Assembly (NCBI GenBank): GCA_973895155.1
Contig: OZ316892.1
Coordinates: 23,879,971-23,943,970, forward strand
DNA: 64,000 nt
Reading direction: 5' to 3'
From: Marsupella aquatica
Lineage: Eukaryota; Plantae; Marchantiophyta
Shown here piece after piece: positions 49,038 through 62,626 of this stretch (within the stretch, counting starts at the first letter, position 1; every line of letters starts with the position of its first letter). A program made the position numbers and the translations under genes. The notes beneath the pieces are model-generated. The model had not been told where the DNA came from. It did not search any database and was given only the letters and a program-made list of their open reading frames with translations.

Positions 49038-51994
49038 CTATAGTTCCCTACTTTGTTGTGTCTGCTCATACCATTGAGAAAAAGACAGTTTGGGTGCAGG
49101 TCTGGTATCCCAAATTATCCATTCAGCCTCAATCTTGTCCCGCTCCATTGTGTGAATGGAACACACCCTCAAAAAGTCAGCAAACTTGTTCATGCGGACT
49201 TGTGCTCTTTGGTTTGGGACAACACATCCTCGACGATTATGTCCTGGTTTGCCACAAATACCACATTTTTGGTGTTGTTTGGCTGCAATGCGCTCGGAAG
49301 CAATGACGCGCTCAAACCTATATTCAAAATTTCCATAGTTAGGAAGGGATGCCTGATTTTTGAAGATGGAATTCATTTGCTTAAATTTGAACAAGAATTA
49401 CCTGGATTTCATTCGCTTCATTGATGCATACGCCTTCTTCTTAGATGCAACAACAAGAGGCTGAAGAGACTTTGCATCTTGCTGTAATCCATCTAATGAA
49501 ATTGGGGGAAGACACAGTATAAGCCAGTACCTGCAGGCCAATTATAAATGTCAATGGAATGAATGCATCTCACATTGACAATGCAATTGAAATGAAGTGT
49601 AAACAAGGTGCAACTATCATGAACCCTACTAACCTGTGATTTAGCTTTCCAAATGTTGTCAATGTATAATTTCTCATCCAATCCACGATTGCGACAAAAC
49701 TTCACTGCATGAACACATGGAAACCCCATCTCAACCCAATCCCTGCATTCACATTGTCTAGATTCCACATCTAGGGCCCATTGTCCTTGGGAATCACACA
49801 TCAATGCTGTTGTGGCTGATGATGGACGCTCATCCACCCCCCCGGCTTTTGTGTACAATGTATTCAACATCCATGTTGCATGTTGAGTCAAGCTATTCTC
49901 ACCTGCAGGCCAAGCTACAATGCACATATGCACTGTCTATAAATAAAAACTTGGATGCACACAACAATGAAATCATGCAAGAAGAAATTGTAAGTATTCA
50001 GGACCTGAATAACTTACTCGAGGCATCAAGTGCTCTGCTGTAATGCTTGATCATTGTGTAGTCCCACAGTTCCTTGCATATTAGCAATGCAGGCAATTTG
50101 CGAATAGGCTTAATGACTCCATTCAGGATCTCCACTACGTTTGACGTAGTATGACCCCACCTACATACCGAACATGTAAAACCATCAAAAACCCAAACCA
50201 GCAAGTGGATAAGGCTTACTAGCTCATGACAGTAAAAAAGAAGCTGGAAAATGTCAGTTGGGTTTCACCTTGGTACTGGAAAGGCATGTCGTGAGTACAA
50301 CTTTGGATCAATGCCTCGAATATATCTGATCCCAGCTTCTTGACGATCATTCAGTGGCGTATACTCGTCCAACATGCGATCAAATTCGGATTTGCGAACC
50401 TCACGGGCCAACTGACCAGTCAAAAGACTTATGAGTGATCTGAACTATTAAACTGAGTCATAAAAAGTGAATTAAGTGGGTGCAGAAGGTCACATTGTAT
50501 GAAATTTATAAATGAGATCAAATACCTTAAGAAACCAGTCACCAAGTGCTTTGTCTGAGTTTGTTATGACATTTGCCCTAATATGTCGTGTGCAAAATGA
50601 GTGATGAATGTCACCCCAGATGGTCTGAACTGCTGGAATCAAGCCTTTATCACGATTTGAGACAATAACAGTCTGTCTATCCATCCTCATTCTACGATAG
50701 GCTCGATCAAGATGAGCCATGAACCAAATCCAATTTTCCTTGTTCTCGACTCCAACAACAGCCCATGCTAGTAGTAGAATGTGGTTGTTACAATCAAAAG
50801 TTGTAGCTAGCAATATAATCATGGGAAATTCGCCTCCTATAGGGAAGACAAACATATAAATTATTGATGCAGGGAGTCAAATATATTCCAATTGAATCTT
50901 ATTGTCTGAAAGATGAAAAAACTCTCTCTCACTAGCATTACCTGTGTGTGTAGCATCCATCCCAACAAAAGGGCGAACATGGATGAAGGCATTTTGTGAA
51001 GATGCTGGTGCCATGAAAATTCTGCGAAATCGATTGTCAATTTCATATGTTTCATAGAATATGTGTGATCCAGGGTCTGTATGTTTCACTTTAGCCACAT
51101 ATGCTGGAATCAACTGGAAGGATGTGCCATGATCACCACCTAGCTTTCGAATGACTTTCCGCCGTGCTCGTTGTGCAGTCCATACCGTAGTATCTGCAGA
51201 ATGGTTGTCACGAATGTGCCCTCTCAAGTCCTTATTGGACGTGTTCGGGTTAACACGGATGTTGGACTGTACCTTTTCCTCCACCCATCGTCTTTTATGA
51301 GCACCATGTCTGAACTTGTGCGATGACTGTGAACAGGTGTGAATAAGGTAGCTTTTCTGTATGCAAACTCTGCCACTTTCTTTCATGTGCCTCACATAAA
51401 GTTCAGCTTTGCAGGAGTCCAAATCATTGACATCAAACCCTCTACACTTACCCATGAATCTGGTCTTATTCCGAGAAAATCTGGTGAAGCTCCATCCTGC
51501 TTTGGCCTCATATTCATCCAATGCTTTGTTAAATTCATTCCAAGTAACATATTGTTGGCCTTTCAGCAATTTTGCTTCCAACTCGGATGGTTGATGATTG
51601 TTCACAAATCCTGCATGCCAATTTGCAGTGATAGTTAAACTGGGGAAACCAAAATTGATTAAATCCTGAAAAATGAATGAACTGGGGGTACATAGTCTGT
51701 ACCTGATTCCGCTGGATCTAACTCATAATTGAAGTCATCCTCAACAAGCTCACTAATATCAATAGGTGGATTCCTCTCAGGGTTATCTCTCAATTGTGTA
51801 TGGCCTTCAGAGAATGCTTCAGAATTGAAGCTTCCTTCTGTACAGTCATTGCCATCAAATGTGGGCCGTGATTCTTCTTCAGCGTTGTTGCTAGAATACT
51901 CAGAATCAGTGGTGTGATAGGATTGACATTCCACCTCGTGATTGTGTGTATATGGCCAAGGTCCCGAACCAGAGTTATCTTGAGAACTGTCCAT
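49038..51994 (-). CDS. MuDR/MULE transposase, multi-exon, possibly inactive
   Basis: MuDR N-domain KGQQYVTWNEFNKAL; PFVGMDATH; IVSNRDKGL (catalytic D replaced by N); FCTRHI; TSNVVEILN; SWIM CECRDW..GFPCVHA; knuckle CGICGKPGHNRRGC. Confidence 0.9.
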
Positions 51995-54900
51995 GGTGTA
52001 TGTGCGCTGCTTTTAGGTCAAGTACATTATTCAGACTATTTACAATCACGGACAGCCTGTGCCTTTAGTATCAAGCTTTCAGTGCAAAACAGGTGCATCC
52101 TAAGCTTCATACATTTCGTGTGTAGCCTGAATCCTCACAATCGCATGTTTTCACCAACAAAATAAACAAGTCTGCTGTTTAAGTCTATTCCTGATAATAA
52201 AAATGCGAAGCCCAGGAGTTGGACATGAACAGTCAATCCATGCAAGACCCTGATTTAATTTACCCCTCCTGCTGCGCCCGAACTCCCTACCTCAGCACTC
52301 TGAGCAATGTGTGCTGTCGAGCACTGCTGATAACATGGAATTCAGGAATACACATTTTGACTAAGGAATGTCGCATTGCAAAGCAGTCGTCCAGCTCAGG
52401 TTCGTAGCACATCCAAGCATCCAAGCAGCGCAGCGCTGCACAGCGCAGCAAGCTCATTGTTTTGCAGCATAGCTTAGCCGGCCCCCGTTTTGCAGCGCAG
52501 CAAGCCATGTGGGGTTCACAGTGGAGGCCCCCGTTTCTGCAGTGCAGCGCAGCTAGGCCCTGTCCCCCATTTTGCAGCGCAGCCAACTCACATTCATTTG
52601 AGACTCACATTCAATCAAGAGTCACATTCAATCGAGAGTCCTGCTATGCCAACGTGAGATCGATCCATTCAATCGAGAGCCATGCCATGCCAATCTGCTT
52701 CCCCTGCCATGCCAAGGTGCGAACCTGCCTTATTGCTTCTCATCCCAGAACGTGGGCAACCTCAGGAAGTATCGACAGCCAGGTCAAGGAAGGAAGGATG
52801 GAAAAACTACGCAGCCAACTAACCTTCCGTTAATGACAGACCTAGCCCACTTAAGTTCCGTTAATGAGAGACCGGAAATGCATATTGTGCTGTCAATGAA
52901 GGTCATCGTGACACTGTAATTTGTCTGTGTCCATCGGGGTCGTTCAAGCAAACGTGTGTGTCCATCCGAGCTTTCGGTTGGAGTTTTCCACCTTAAAAAA
53001 TTTCTAAGTCATATAATAGGTTTGGTTTTCTTCTTTTTTCCACATAAAATTCCTGTCTTTTATTGAAGTACTCATGCTTGAAAGTACTTCAATTTTCAAG
53101 TATTGTCTTGCCTGAACCTTCCTTCAGATGAAGTAATAGTTTTGAGCGCTATTTGGGTGCTATGGTTTTAAAAGTTGTATTTTGTAAATAAATCACATGG
53201 GGACTTGAATAACTCTTTGATGCTATTTTTTCCAAAGGTTTATTTGGAAATAAATCACATCAGACTTGAGCATTTGTTTGGTGTTATTCTTGTGAAAGGT
53301 ATTTTTAGATGTAAATGATATCACATCTGATAATGTGAGCACTTACGTAGAGTATTTCAGGCAATTTACACACTGCCACTTACACATCGAAGCATGTGCA
53401 AAAAATATTACCATTAAAGCCGCATCAGCAAAAGTGACTTCACAATGCCACTTGCAAAATGTATTCTTTAGCTTAGTACACAAGGAATCAATTGCATTCA
53501 CAAAAATGAGCATACTTAGAGCATGCACATAATAACAAATGTAAGAAGAATTAAATGACCTTAAAAATCCATTGTTGGTGCAACAACCACAAAATTAGCT
53601 ATCAATAATCATAGTGCAATTCATGTCTTTGTGTTTAATTTTCACTTTGCGTGTGACACTCTGTGGCCAGTCCAATCTGTAAAAATTATAAAGGCATTAA
53701 AGACTACAAATACATGGAAAACTAGTTGACTGGACACACCTGATTGACTGATGTCCATAGCACTACGTACCATGTTGGAATTAAACAAGTAAAAAATGAT
53801 CACACAGGTCATGAGGAAGGATTGCAGGGACAAGGGCCCAGTGAAGTCCATTTGAAAAGTGAGGGACTCATCAGGGATATGTTTACCTAGAGTGTCCCCA
53901 TCAGTCTTTTGCTGGTGTCTTGGAGGCAATGGTTTCTTTCACTTAGTGACAAAATGGTTGCTTTTACTTAGTGACAAAATTTGGCTAGATTACACCTCTC
54001 TAAAATGTCTTGGCCATTTTGGGGAGACATGTACTACGAGATGGACCCGTAATATGAAAAGTATTACTTATGGACCCCATGTGGTATCCAAAACCAATGA
54101 TAGACCTTAACTCAAAGCATCCAAAACCTACAATAGTGAGGTCTCAGGGGTCCATCGTGTCACACTTTTCAGTTTAAGGGTCCATCATGTAACACTTTTC
54201 AGTTTAAGGTCCATCAAGTATCTCTTCCACTTTTGGCGCAAATTCCCTTGATTTCCATAGTGCGGTAGCCAGTTTCCCACCTAGCCATACACCCCATCAT
54301 CCAGACTCTACTCTCATCCTCAGATCTAGGGATATTTGACGGTCACGATTATTCTATAAAATCAGATACCTCCGAGCATCTTTTCCTTTACACAAGGTGA
54401 CATTCCCTGAAATTAAAAACCTAAACAATTAGGCTTCCCTCCCGTTGGGCCGATTGCGAATCTCTGCTCCATTTTCGCCCCGGGAGAAGGCCCCGCCGTA
54501 GATACCGGGTCGGGTCGCTTTCTTCCCCGTCCATCCTGGCCGTTCGCTTTCCTGTCCTTGACAATTCAATTTCATTTCACAACCGTACCGTACGCTACAG
54601 TCTACTTAACGGCTAGTCGAGTCTAGACAACTGTGGTAAGATGGGCCTATGTTTTGACCGCCTACTGTCAGCGTGGTCGGCGAATCTAGGGTCAACATTG
54701 CGCAGTCTGGGGACTGCAGTAATCTGAGCCTTCCATCTGAGGGTAAGGACTGTTCCCGGGATTCGTGTGACACTGTTACTGGACTGTACTGGGGCGATAA
54801 ACCTGCCCTACTGCACATCTGGATGTACCTGATGTAGTGTGACTGTTCGCAAAGTCAAGGGTGAAGGGTGTGGTGGGACGCATGGGACCCACCTGTACTT

Positions 54901-57900
54901 TTGGAATTGGGAGCAGACTATTTTTGAAGGTTTTGGCAACGGTGGCCAATATGACCTTGTGTGAGGGAGAAGATGCTACAATTGATTCTATACTAGCCAG
55001 ATTAGTGCTTCTTTGAACATAAATAGAGATGAATAGAAACGAAGACAAAAATTATATTGTAAACCAAGATGCTCCTGTTCATCTTTGCCTCCATCCGTTT
55101 TTTCCCCACCCTCACTTCTATTTTGCCTTTATTGAGAGTCACTTCTAGTTTTGTCATAGTATAGAGTCAATGTCAGTTTTGTTAATCTTTGCTCCCATTC
55201 CTGTTTTTTGGGTTCACTTTCACTTTTCAGTTTTGTCCTATTGAGAATTAGGGTCACACAAGGTCTTGGCCATTGAGAATTTGGAGCATTATGAAACTTC
55301 TACTCTACTGTTACTAAAAGTAGTAAAATGAAACCTTTGGCCTTAAAACATATTACGCCCTGTTTGAGGACAATAATAGCCCTAGTCTTTTGGGGGTATT
55401 ATGGCAATGACATAATAGGGAGTGTCAAAGCACAACTGTAACTCAGTTATGTCACAGGACATAAAACATTGTTAGGGTCAGGACAAAATAGCTAGGGGCT
55501 ACCAAAATAGGTACACCCCATAAGGGTTATATGTCCAAACAAATAAAGCAGTAACACTTTGGTGAAGGGAGGACTATTCACATCTTTAGGAAGTCTCAAA
55601 CCAGCTTTTCCATGAAGGTTATTCATGACCGGAATGCTCTGGGCTGTGTTGCAGATAAGAAATCTGTGGTTACCAAACAAAACTACTGCTACTAATTCAG
55701 GCGGTCAATATATGCACCGGCATCTGCACTAAAAATCATTCTGTCTGAATGCATTAGAGCCCTTTAAAATTAGTCTGTGCCTTTAAAAAAACAATAGTCA
55801 GTGGGCAGGTGTTATAACCCTAAATCAAAATTCCTGTGTATGAAATTTGCCTAAGTAAATTGGGTTCTAGGACAGGGTCATGGACTCAAATTTTCCACAA
55901 GGAAAAATTGGAAAATTTCAGGAAATGTACAGCTATTCTACTATTGGAAGGCAATAAGTATATAGTAGTGCATCTCTGAACCGTTTGTATATGTTAATAA
56001 GGGCAGTTTCAGTAATTGTCTGCCACACATAGGTTCAATGAATACCTTAGACCATATATTCACCATTACAAGATGTAAATGGGTGACATGGCACGCAGAT
56101 TGTGATTTGCCCAAATGCTTCTTTACTCAATTGCTGCCCATAGCATATACAATTAAGGTCATCTGGTTACCTTTACAAGACATACCGGAGACCATATTCC
56201 TCAACCTTTTTTGTCTTCCAGGGCAGGTGGACATTTGTTCGGGGTACCACAGTGCTGAACTTCCATGCAGAGTAGAACAGTATCAAAGACACACAAGATG
56301 ACGTTTGACTCTCTTGATGAACATAGAGTTTCATGCATGAAGAACAGTGACTGGACAAGGAGCACAAAAGATGAACATGTTACTAATAAAGTGCAAGGCA
56401 AATATATTTTCAAGGGCTGCTGTCTAGAGTGAAGCCTGTAGACCTTAACTTGCAATAGGACAAACTGAAAAGGGACTCTCAATAAGGACAAATACAAGTG
56501 AGGGTGAAAAAAAAGAGGGATGGAGGTCATGATGAACTCTATTTACAGGAAAAATACCAAGGCAAAAATAACAAAGGGTATTACATATATTGTACAGTCC
56601 TGTTTAGAGGGCTTTAGGGGATATACTGCCCCCCAAAATGAGGGCTTAGGTTTATGTTTTGAGGGGCTTTTACTATCCAGAGTGCTTTGGAAAAGGACAA
56701 TTTTTATTTTTCCAAATATTGGGGTAAAAGTAGAGGGGAATCTTCGTAAAGAGGTGATCCAAATCTAGACATGGCATTCTTCTCCAAGAGTGCTTGAAAA
56801 TACCAAGGGAGGGAAAAATCAAGAAGGCCCAGCACTGGTACATTAAAGGGGAATTCTGGTCCAAGACTTTTCCCTTTTTCACATTACTCTCCTCTACCAT
56901 GACTCCACAATTAAAAAAAAAAAAGGTACCCAAAATGGTGTGGATCCAGGGTTTGACTAAAGGGCACTTTAAGAAAAAATAAAAAATTACATAGTTTTAC
57001 CCCTACCAACCACAACGCGTTTCCTTACCTGTAATCACACATCATCAAAATGTGTTAATATATAGCGTGGACTCAAAGAAGATAACCAGATTTCAATGAA
57101 GCCACAATAGATCTCTAGGTCTGTCAAATTTCTCATGTATTTTTGCAACTCAAACAGAGTGCATTTTAGTTACAAGGAATATTCCCAATGAGTCCATCCT
57201 CAAGGGTCCAGGACTCCAGGGGAGGATCATCATGATATGGAGTGATGGAGTTCAAAGTATATGTCATATTTTGGACCCCTAATGGCTAATGCGTTTGACC
57301 TTGGGGCAAGGGACACAGTCGTGGACTCATAATGCAGGGGCAGCATCTCGTCGCAGACTCAGAGACTCTTCTTCTCTGCATGTTTATAGCTCACAATCAT
57401 GTTGACGACACTGCTATGTCTGCTAAATTCAGATGTTCATTTATTGATCATTTCACTGCTAAATTCAGACGTTCATTTATTGATCATTTCACTGTTTCGT
57501 CTCCCCCAATCGGGATCATGCTTTCTCTTTGCTTGCATCGCTAGAATTCTACCATTTCTACCTGCTCCCCCTCTCTCCTACGTTTGTGTGAGTGTCTGCA
57601 TCCCCTGGCCCACTGGCTGTCTGGGTATCAGCCCAAAGGCCAAAAACGTCAGCACGTTGTACTGTGCTCGACTGCATTACTCCATCATTCGTTTCATTCA
57701 TCAGCCCGTCAGCTCGTCTTGTCAGTCTTCGTCAAGCTGCTGCTTCTCTTGATGACTTGTCTCTGCTGGCGTGTTGTTCACTTTCTGAACCTCATGAGGA
57801 TCGATAAGTTGTCAGATCATCACTAGCGAGGTTCCTCACTCTGCAGTGGACTTGACTCTTTGGAGTACGGAAGCTTTTTGGATTTCAGCAAGCGAATTTA

Positions 57901-58536
57901 GAAAGAGGGGTTCAGTGAGGGCGAGCACATTCAAACATTGAGCCGGTCAATTTTTCATTGGGATGAGGGACAGCTTACTCTTCGGCTCGGGGACTGAAGG
58001 AGGAGGTTGACAAGCGCCAACTTAGTGTTTTTCTCTGGAACAGTGGTCGGAGAGGCCTGGATGTCTGGGTGATGAAGCTTCAGGATTGATTTGCAGCCGA
58101 AGTGGTCAATTTCCCATTATTTGGGATGAGAGCAAGCCTTCGGTTTGAGGACTGAAGGAAGCTGGGGATTGACAATTATAGACGAGGGTCCCAATTTCTC
58201 CAAGTTTTTCTCGACATTGGTTGGAGTGGGCTGGCTGGCTGGGTGATCAAGTCTCAGTGTTGATTTGCAGTCCAGCTTTCGTGTCTCGCTGGCGTAGGTC
58301 CTTCTCGGGCCAATTGCAGCGAGGTGTTTTGGTGTGTTGGATGTGGATGTAAGTCTTCAATATTTTCTCTTATTTTGGAAGCGTTTGGATCTACGGCGGG
58401 CCAGATCGATCACACGAAGAAGAACAGTAAAGCTATAGTTGCGGATCTCTTTTGAGGAGTCATTGAGAAGTCACCGGATTAAATTTTGAGTCGACGCGAT
58501 CAAAAGAGTGCAGCTAGAGTGGGGAGGGATCATTCG

Positions 58537-61500
58537 ATGACGGCTGCAACAGTAGTAGAGGGGAAGCCGATGTTGGAGAGCCTCGGGCACAGACCAGGCC
58601 GTGAGGCGGTGGATGAAGCCAGGCAGTCGATGGCCAGGATTGATGACCTGATGAATGAGAACTTGAGGAATCTTTTGTTGACGGCGCCACCTTCTGGGGT
58701 GAATGTTATGGAATGGAGAGAAGCTCAGGTGACACTTCTTGCCACGCATGTTTCTTCCATTCTCTAGAGGAAGGAATAAGAATCCTTACGTGCAGACCAG
58801 GTCACACGGGATCCTGTTTCTGTTCATGTGAATGTTAAGTATTCCCGTAGCTTGAATCGTATTGTCATCTTTTACTCCTCTAGCTCTCCACATGTAGTCT
58901 TGGGGTCCGGACGCCAGGAGTATGACATCTTGAAAGATTCGGTGCCAATTTTGAACGCACCAAGACAGTGAATCTAGTGTAAAGTACAGTAACGGTGTGG
59001 TAGATGATTTGGCAAAGAGCTGACCAGCTTAAAGCACACACTTGTTTCGCAAGTCTAAACTATCTGGAGAACGAAACCACTGGAACTTATGCCGTGCAGT
59101 ATGGTGCGAGAGCCTCTCTTTGGTAAAATGCACGTGAGAACAAGTAGAAGGGCCTTCAGATTGTGGACAGCATAGGTCATGCAACGCTGATAAGGTTGGT
59201 GTCCTCTCTTTGGTAACTTTCACGTGAGAATAAGTAGAAGGGCCGCCAGATTGCGGATAGTCAAGGTCCAAGCTGCAATGGTGGGTATCCCCAAATGATT
59301 TGAAACTGCGAGCAAGGACGTGGAGCCTGCAAAACGAGTCGTTTCTGAGCAACGGTGGTTAAAAGGCCGACGACTCACCTGTCAACGACGTGACTGATTG
59401 TTCGTCCTGTCCCGTTCTTAGTTGCATGTAGAACCATGGTCTTCATGTCTGTCCACGACAGTCGAAGCGAGTGTCACAGTATCTTCTCTGTTTGAGAAAC
59501 GAATCCGACCATTGATTTCTAATCGAACATTTCTCGTCGGTAGCTTTTTCGGTCGTCGTGTTCGCATGGATTAGATATTACCACATTAGTATTCGATCCT
59601 TCTAAGTTCGACCTTCCTAGTTGTTCGAAACCAGAAGTTTCGGCAGCCAATCTGTGCATTGTCCAATGTATTCGAAATGTCTGGTCTACTATTGGTGACC
59701 TGTTGAGAGAAACACTGTACTTGGTTTTCTTGGATAGCAATCACCGTCTTCCAAAATTTAGTCTGCCTCAAGCGTACTGCTTTTTGAGGCAGACGGTACC
59801 TAACACGAGGACCTTAGTCTGCCTTTTTAAGTACAGTGTTTCTCTCAGCAGGTCACCAATACTAACATTTGAGGCAGACTGTACCTAAAACGAGCAGATT
59901 AAAAAAATTCCTGATTAAATTTTCAGAGTAGATATGTTCTCGACGAGGTTCCCGAGCGAGGTTCTCTAGTAGTTTTAAGTTGATGTAGAGGAATTGAGCA
60001 AAATTGTACAGGAATTGAGCCACAATTGTCATGAATAGATCGTGTGTGAGTCAGTGTCAGTCGTTCCCGGACCGGCCTTTCTGTACTAATCGCGTGCCAA
60101 AACTTCTTCCAGCAAGACGCACCGATGACCGTATGTGGAGAATTCCAGTCGAGGTCCGTTTAAGCTTCTGAATCCATAGTAGAAACCCAATAGACCTCAA
60201 ACCACAGTTTCCGCACGATACTCGACGAATTCCATGAAGCTGCAGAAGCACTGAAGCCCATCACATAAGTAAATGTCATCATTGAACCCAGGCCTTGTTA
60301 GCCCCTTGTGCTGGAGTCCATACAAGACTGTCTCTATCGCCCAAATCTGTTACAGTGGAAGATAGTTTGTGCTCCGGAGTGTAGAAGAACCAACTTCACT
60401 TGAGGCAAGATGCGGTTGCCAGTTTGGAATGCACAATTTTGTTGCTTTACTGTTGGGCTTATGCTCAAAACATTCCACACCTGACACTGTTCCGGGGCAC
60501 TTCTTGGGCCGTCATGATTGTTTACTTCTCGGCAAGGAACTAACCGAAGAGCAGTGCCTGTCTGGAGCTCCCTACCTCTCATTTTAGGCTCTTTCGGGTG
60601 GTGTTGTTTTCCTATCCCAATCCCGTTCTTGACGATGTCTCTGAATAACTTCCTTCGGCTCATTGAGTCCTGTTGGTAGTATTTTGCCTCGATTTAGCTT
60701 TCTCTTGTACTATGGGATACTGGTTATGAATGCTCTGTACATGATATACAGGAATTGGCGCTGAGAGAACGGGCGGAGAAGGAGAAGATACCGTACCAGT
60801 CTGTGATCCTACTGGACGACCTGCATCAGTCTTATGAAGAAGAGCAAGCCAGGAATGGCAAGACGTTTGAGACGTCAGAGAATGCATTACTGAGCACAGA
60901 CGTAAAGAGCCATGCAGAAGCTGTTCATCTCCTTCAAAACGCTATGAAGAACAAGAAGGACAAGCTGGACTTGACCAATCGACTTCTGTCACGCATCCCT
61001 GAGTCATTTGGGCAGATTGTTACCCTCGTGAGCTTGAATCTGTCCGATAATCAACTTAAGGTGAGGAATATAACCTTAGTTGCATGCTTTTAAGAACATT
61101 TCTTTGCATTGGCGTTTCGGCGGTTTTGCCAACAGGATCAGTTTCTCAAAGTTTCAGTCCTCACACAATGTGGGAGGATGACCTGAAAGGATTAAAAACA
61201 GTGACTCTGAACTCTGATATCACAACTTGAGTTCACTAACATGACTATATCTAGAGAACTCGTTACAGGACAATCATGTTTGCAAATCTAGAAGATATGT
61301 TTCGGGTTTCAAAGCATTGCTCATATTTGCTTGTTTCAATTTCATTTCGAGATCTTGGTGGCTGGCGCATATATGTAAGTTTACAAGATCGACGCTTCAG
61401 ATTTTCTGTTCCATGATCATCACTGTAATGGACAATTTACTAGAGTGAGACTTCAGTTGACCACACTTCATGGAGTAGCAACGTCACTAATAAGTGTACT

Positions 61501-62626
61501 CTGTGACACGCTGGATGTCCACAGTCGAGTGATTCAGTCGCTGATTCAATTTGTTCTGTGCATCTCTTGTTTGCAGTCCCTACCAAAGTCCCTCGCTGGC
61601 CTTGTCAACCTCGAGTCTTTGAAAATCAATTCAAATCAGCTCGAAACGTTTCCAGAGTCAATCGGATCGCTAACAAAGCTGAAGTACCTCGATGTTTCTA
61701 GCAATGCCCTCAACAAACTGCCTGAGAGCATTGGGCGTTGCAGGTGACCATATCTTGCACAATTTGTTATGAAATCCTGTGGTTTGCGCAACGTAGTGGC
61801 TTATATTGCATGATTTTCTCCCTAAAGTATTTGATATTGCCAGGTGACCCTAATATGTCTTGTCACCATGCATGTGCCTCCGTAGGAAAATTTAGAGGTT
61901 TGGGATGTGCCTGACGTCTGGCATGTGCAATGCAGCTCACTGCTGGAGGTCAATGCGAACTTTAACCACCTTGAGTTCATACCCTCAAGTTTCGGATTTA
62001 TGTTGGTATGCTTGGAGAAGTTGGAGCTCCACTTGAATCGGCTCAAGACTATACCACCATCGGTCTGCCAAATCAAATCTCTCAAGCACCTCGATCTGCA
62101 CATGAACAAAATGAGGGCCCTCCCAGCATCGATCGGGAACCTTACTCAATTAGAGTTCTTGGATGTGAGCAGCAATTTCAATGACTTGGTCTCCCTGCCT
62201 GAATCTGTTGGTGATCTTGTTTCTCTGACACACTGCGATTTGAGCTTCAATCAAATCAAGGAACTACCAGACGCCTTAGGTAGACTCGAAAAGCTGAGAA
62301 CGCTCAAACTGGAGGGAAATCCATTGGTGGTTCCACCGATGGACGTGGTGGAACACAGTCATGATGCCGTAATGGCGTATCTGCACCAAAGATATGTCAA
62401 TAACACTGCAGGTGACTTACAAGTTTCTGCGAGTAGCAAGACCCTGCTTTATAATGGTAAAAACGACTACAGTCCATGGGTTCCTGCTTGTGCTGGAAAC
62501 TCTCCTCTCGCTGCATGGATGGGTAGCATCTGCGGAAATATGGGGAACGTTCTCAGTGGTGGGAAAGGTGACTTCCTTGGATTTCAACAGTACCAGAGAG
62601 ATGAAATGCTTGGGCAAAGACTTTAA
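58537..62626 (+). CDS. PIRL: Plant intracellular Ras-group-related LRR protein; exons 58537-58728, 60752-61060, 61577-61743, 61936-62626
   Basis: N-terminal LGHRPGREAVDEAR...EWREAQ-ELALRERAEKEK..Y.SV..LDDLHQSYE, then LxxLxLxxNxLxxLPxSIG repeats ending LEGNPLVVPP. All junctions are GT-AG and in frame. Confidence 0.9.
59690..59861. repeat. 33-bp inverted repeat (1 mismatch, ~106-bp spacer) in PIRL intron 1
   Basis: TATTGGTGACCTGTTGAGAGAAACACTGTACTT (59690-59722) / AAGTACAGTGTTTCTCTCAGCAGGTCACCAATA (59829-59861). Confidence 0.85.

Larger units (their letters stand above)
43494..53073 (-). mobile_element. Mutator-like element (MULE) with cargo genes; boundaries approximate
   Basis: MULE transposase inside. 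Degenerate long TIRs: AGTACTT..TTTTATATGGA...AAAGCTCTTATGGACACAGACGTTTGC (43799-43945) vs the reverse complement at 52920-53073. No TSD found. Confidence 0.65.

Noticed and set aside
54020-54230. Short GGACCC/GGGTCC inverted and tandem repeats, possible MITE
   Set aside because: Termini and TSD could not be defined with confidence.
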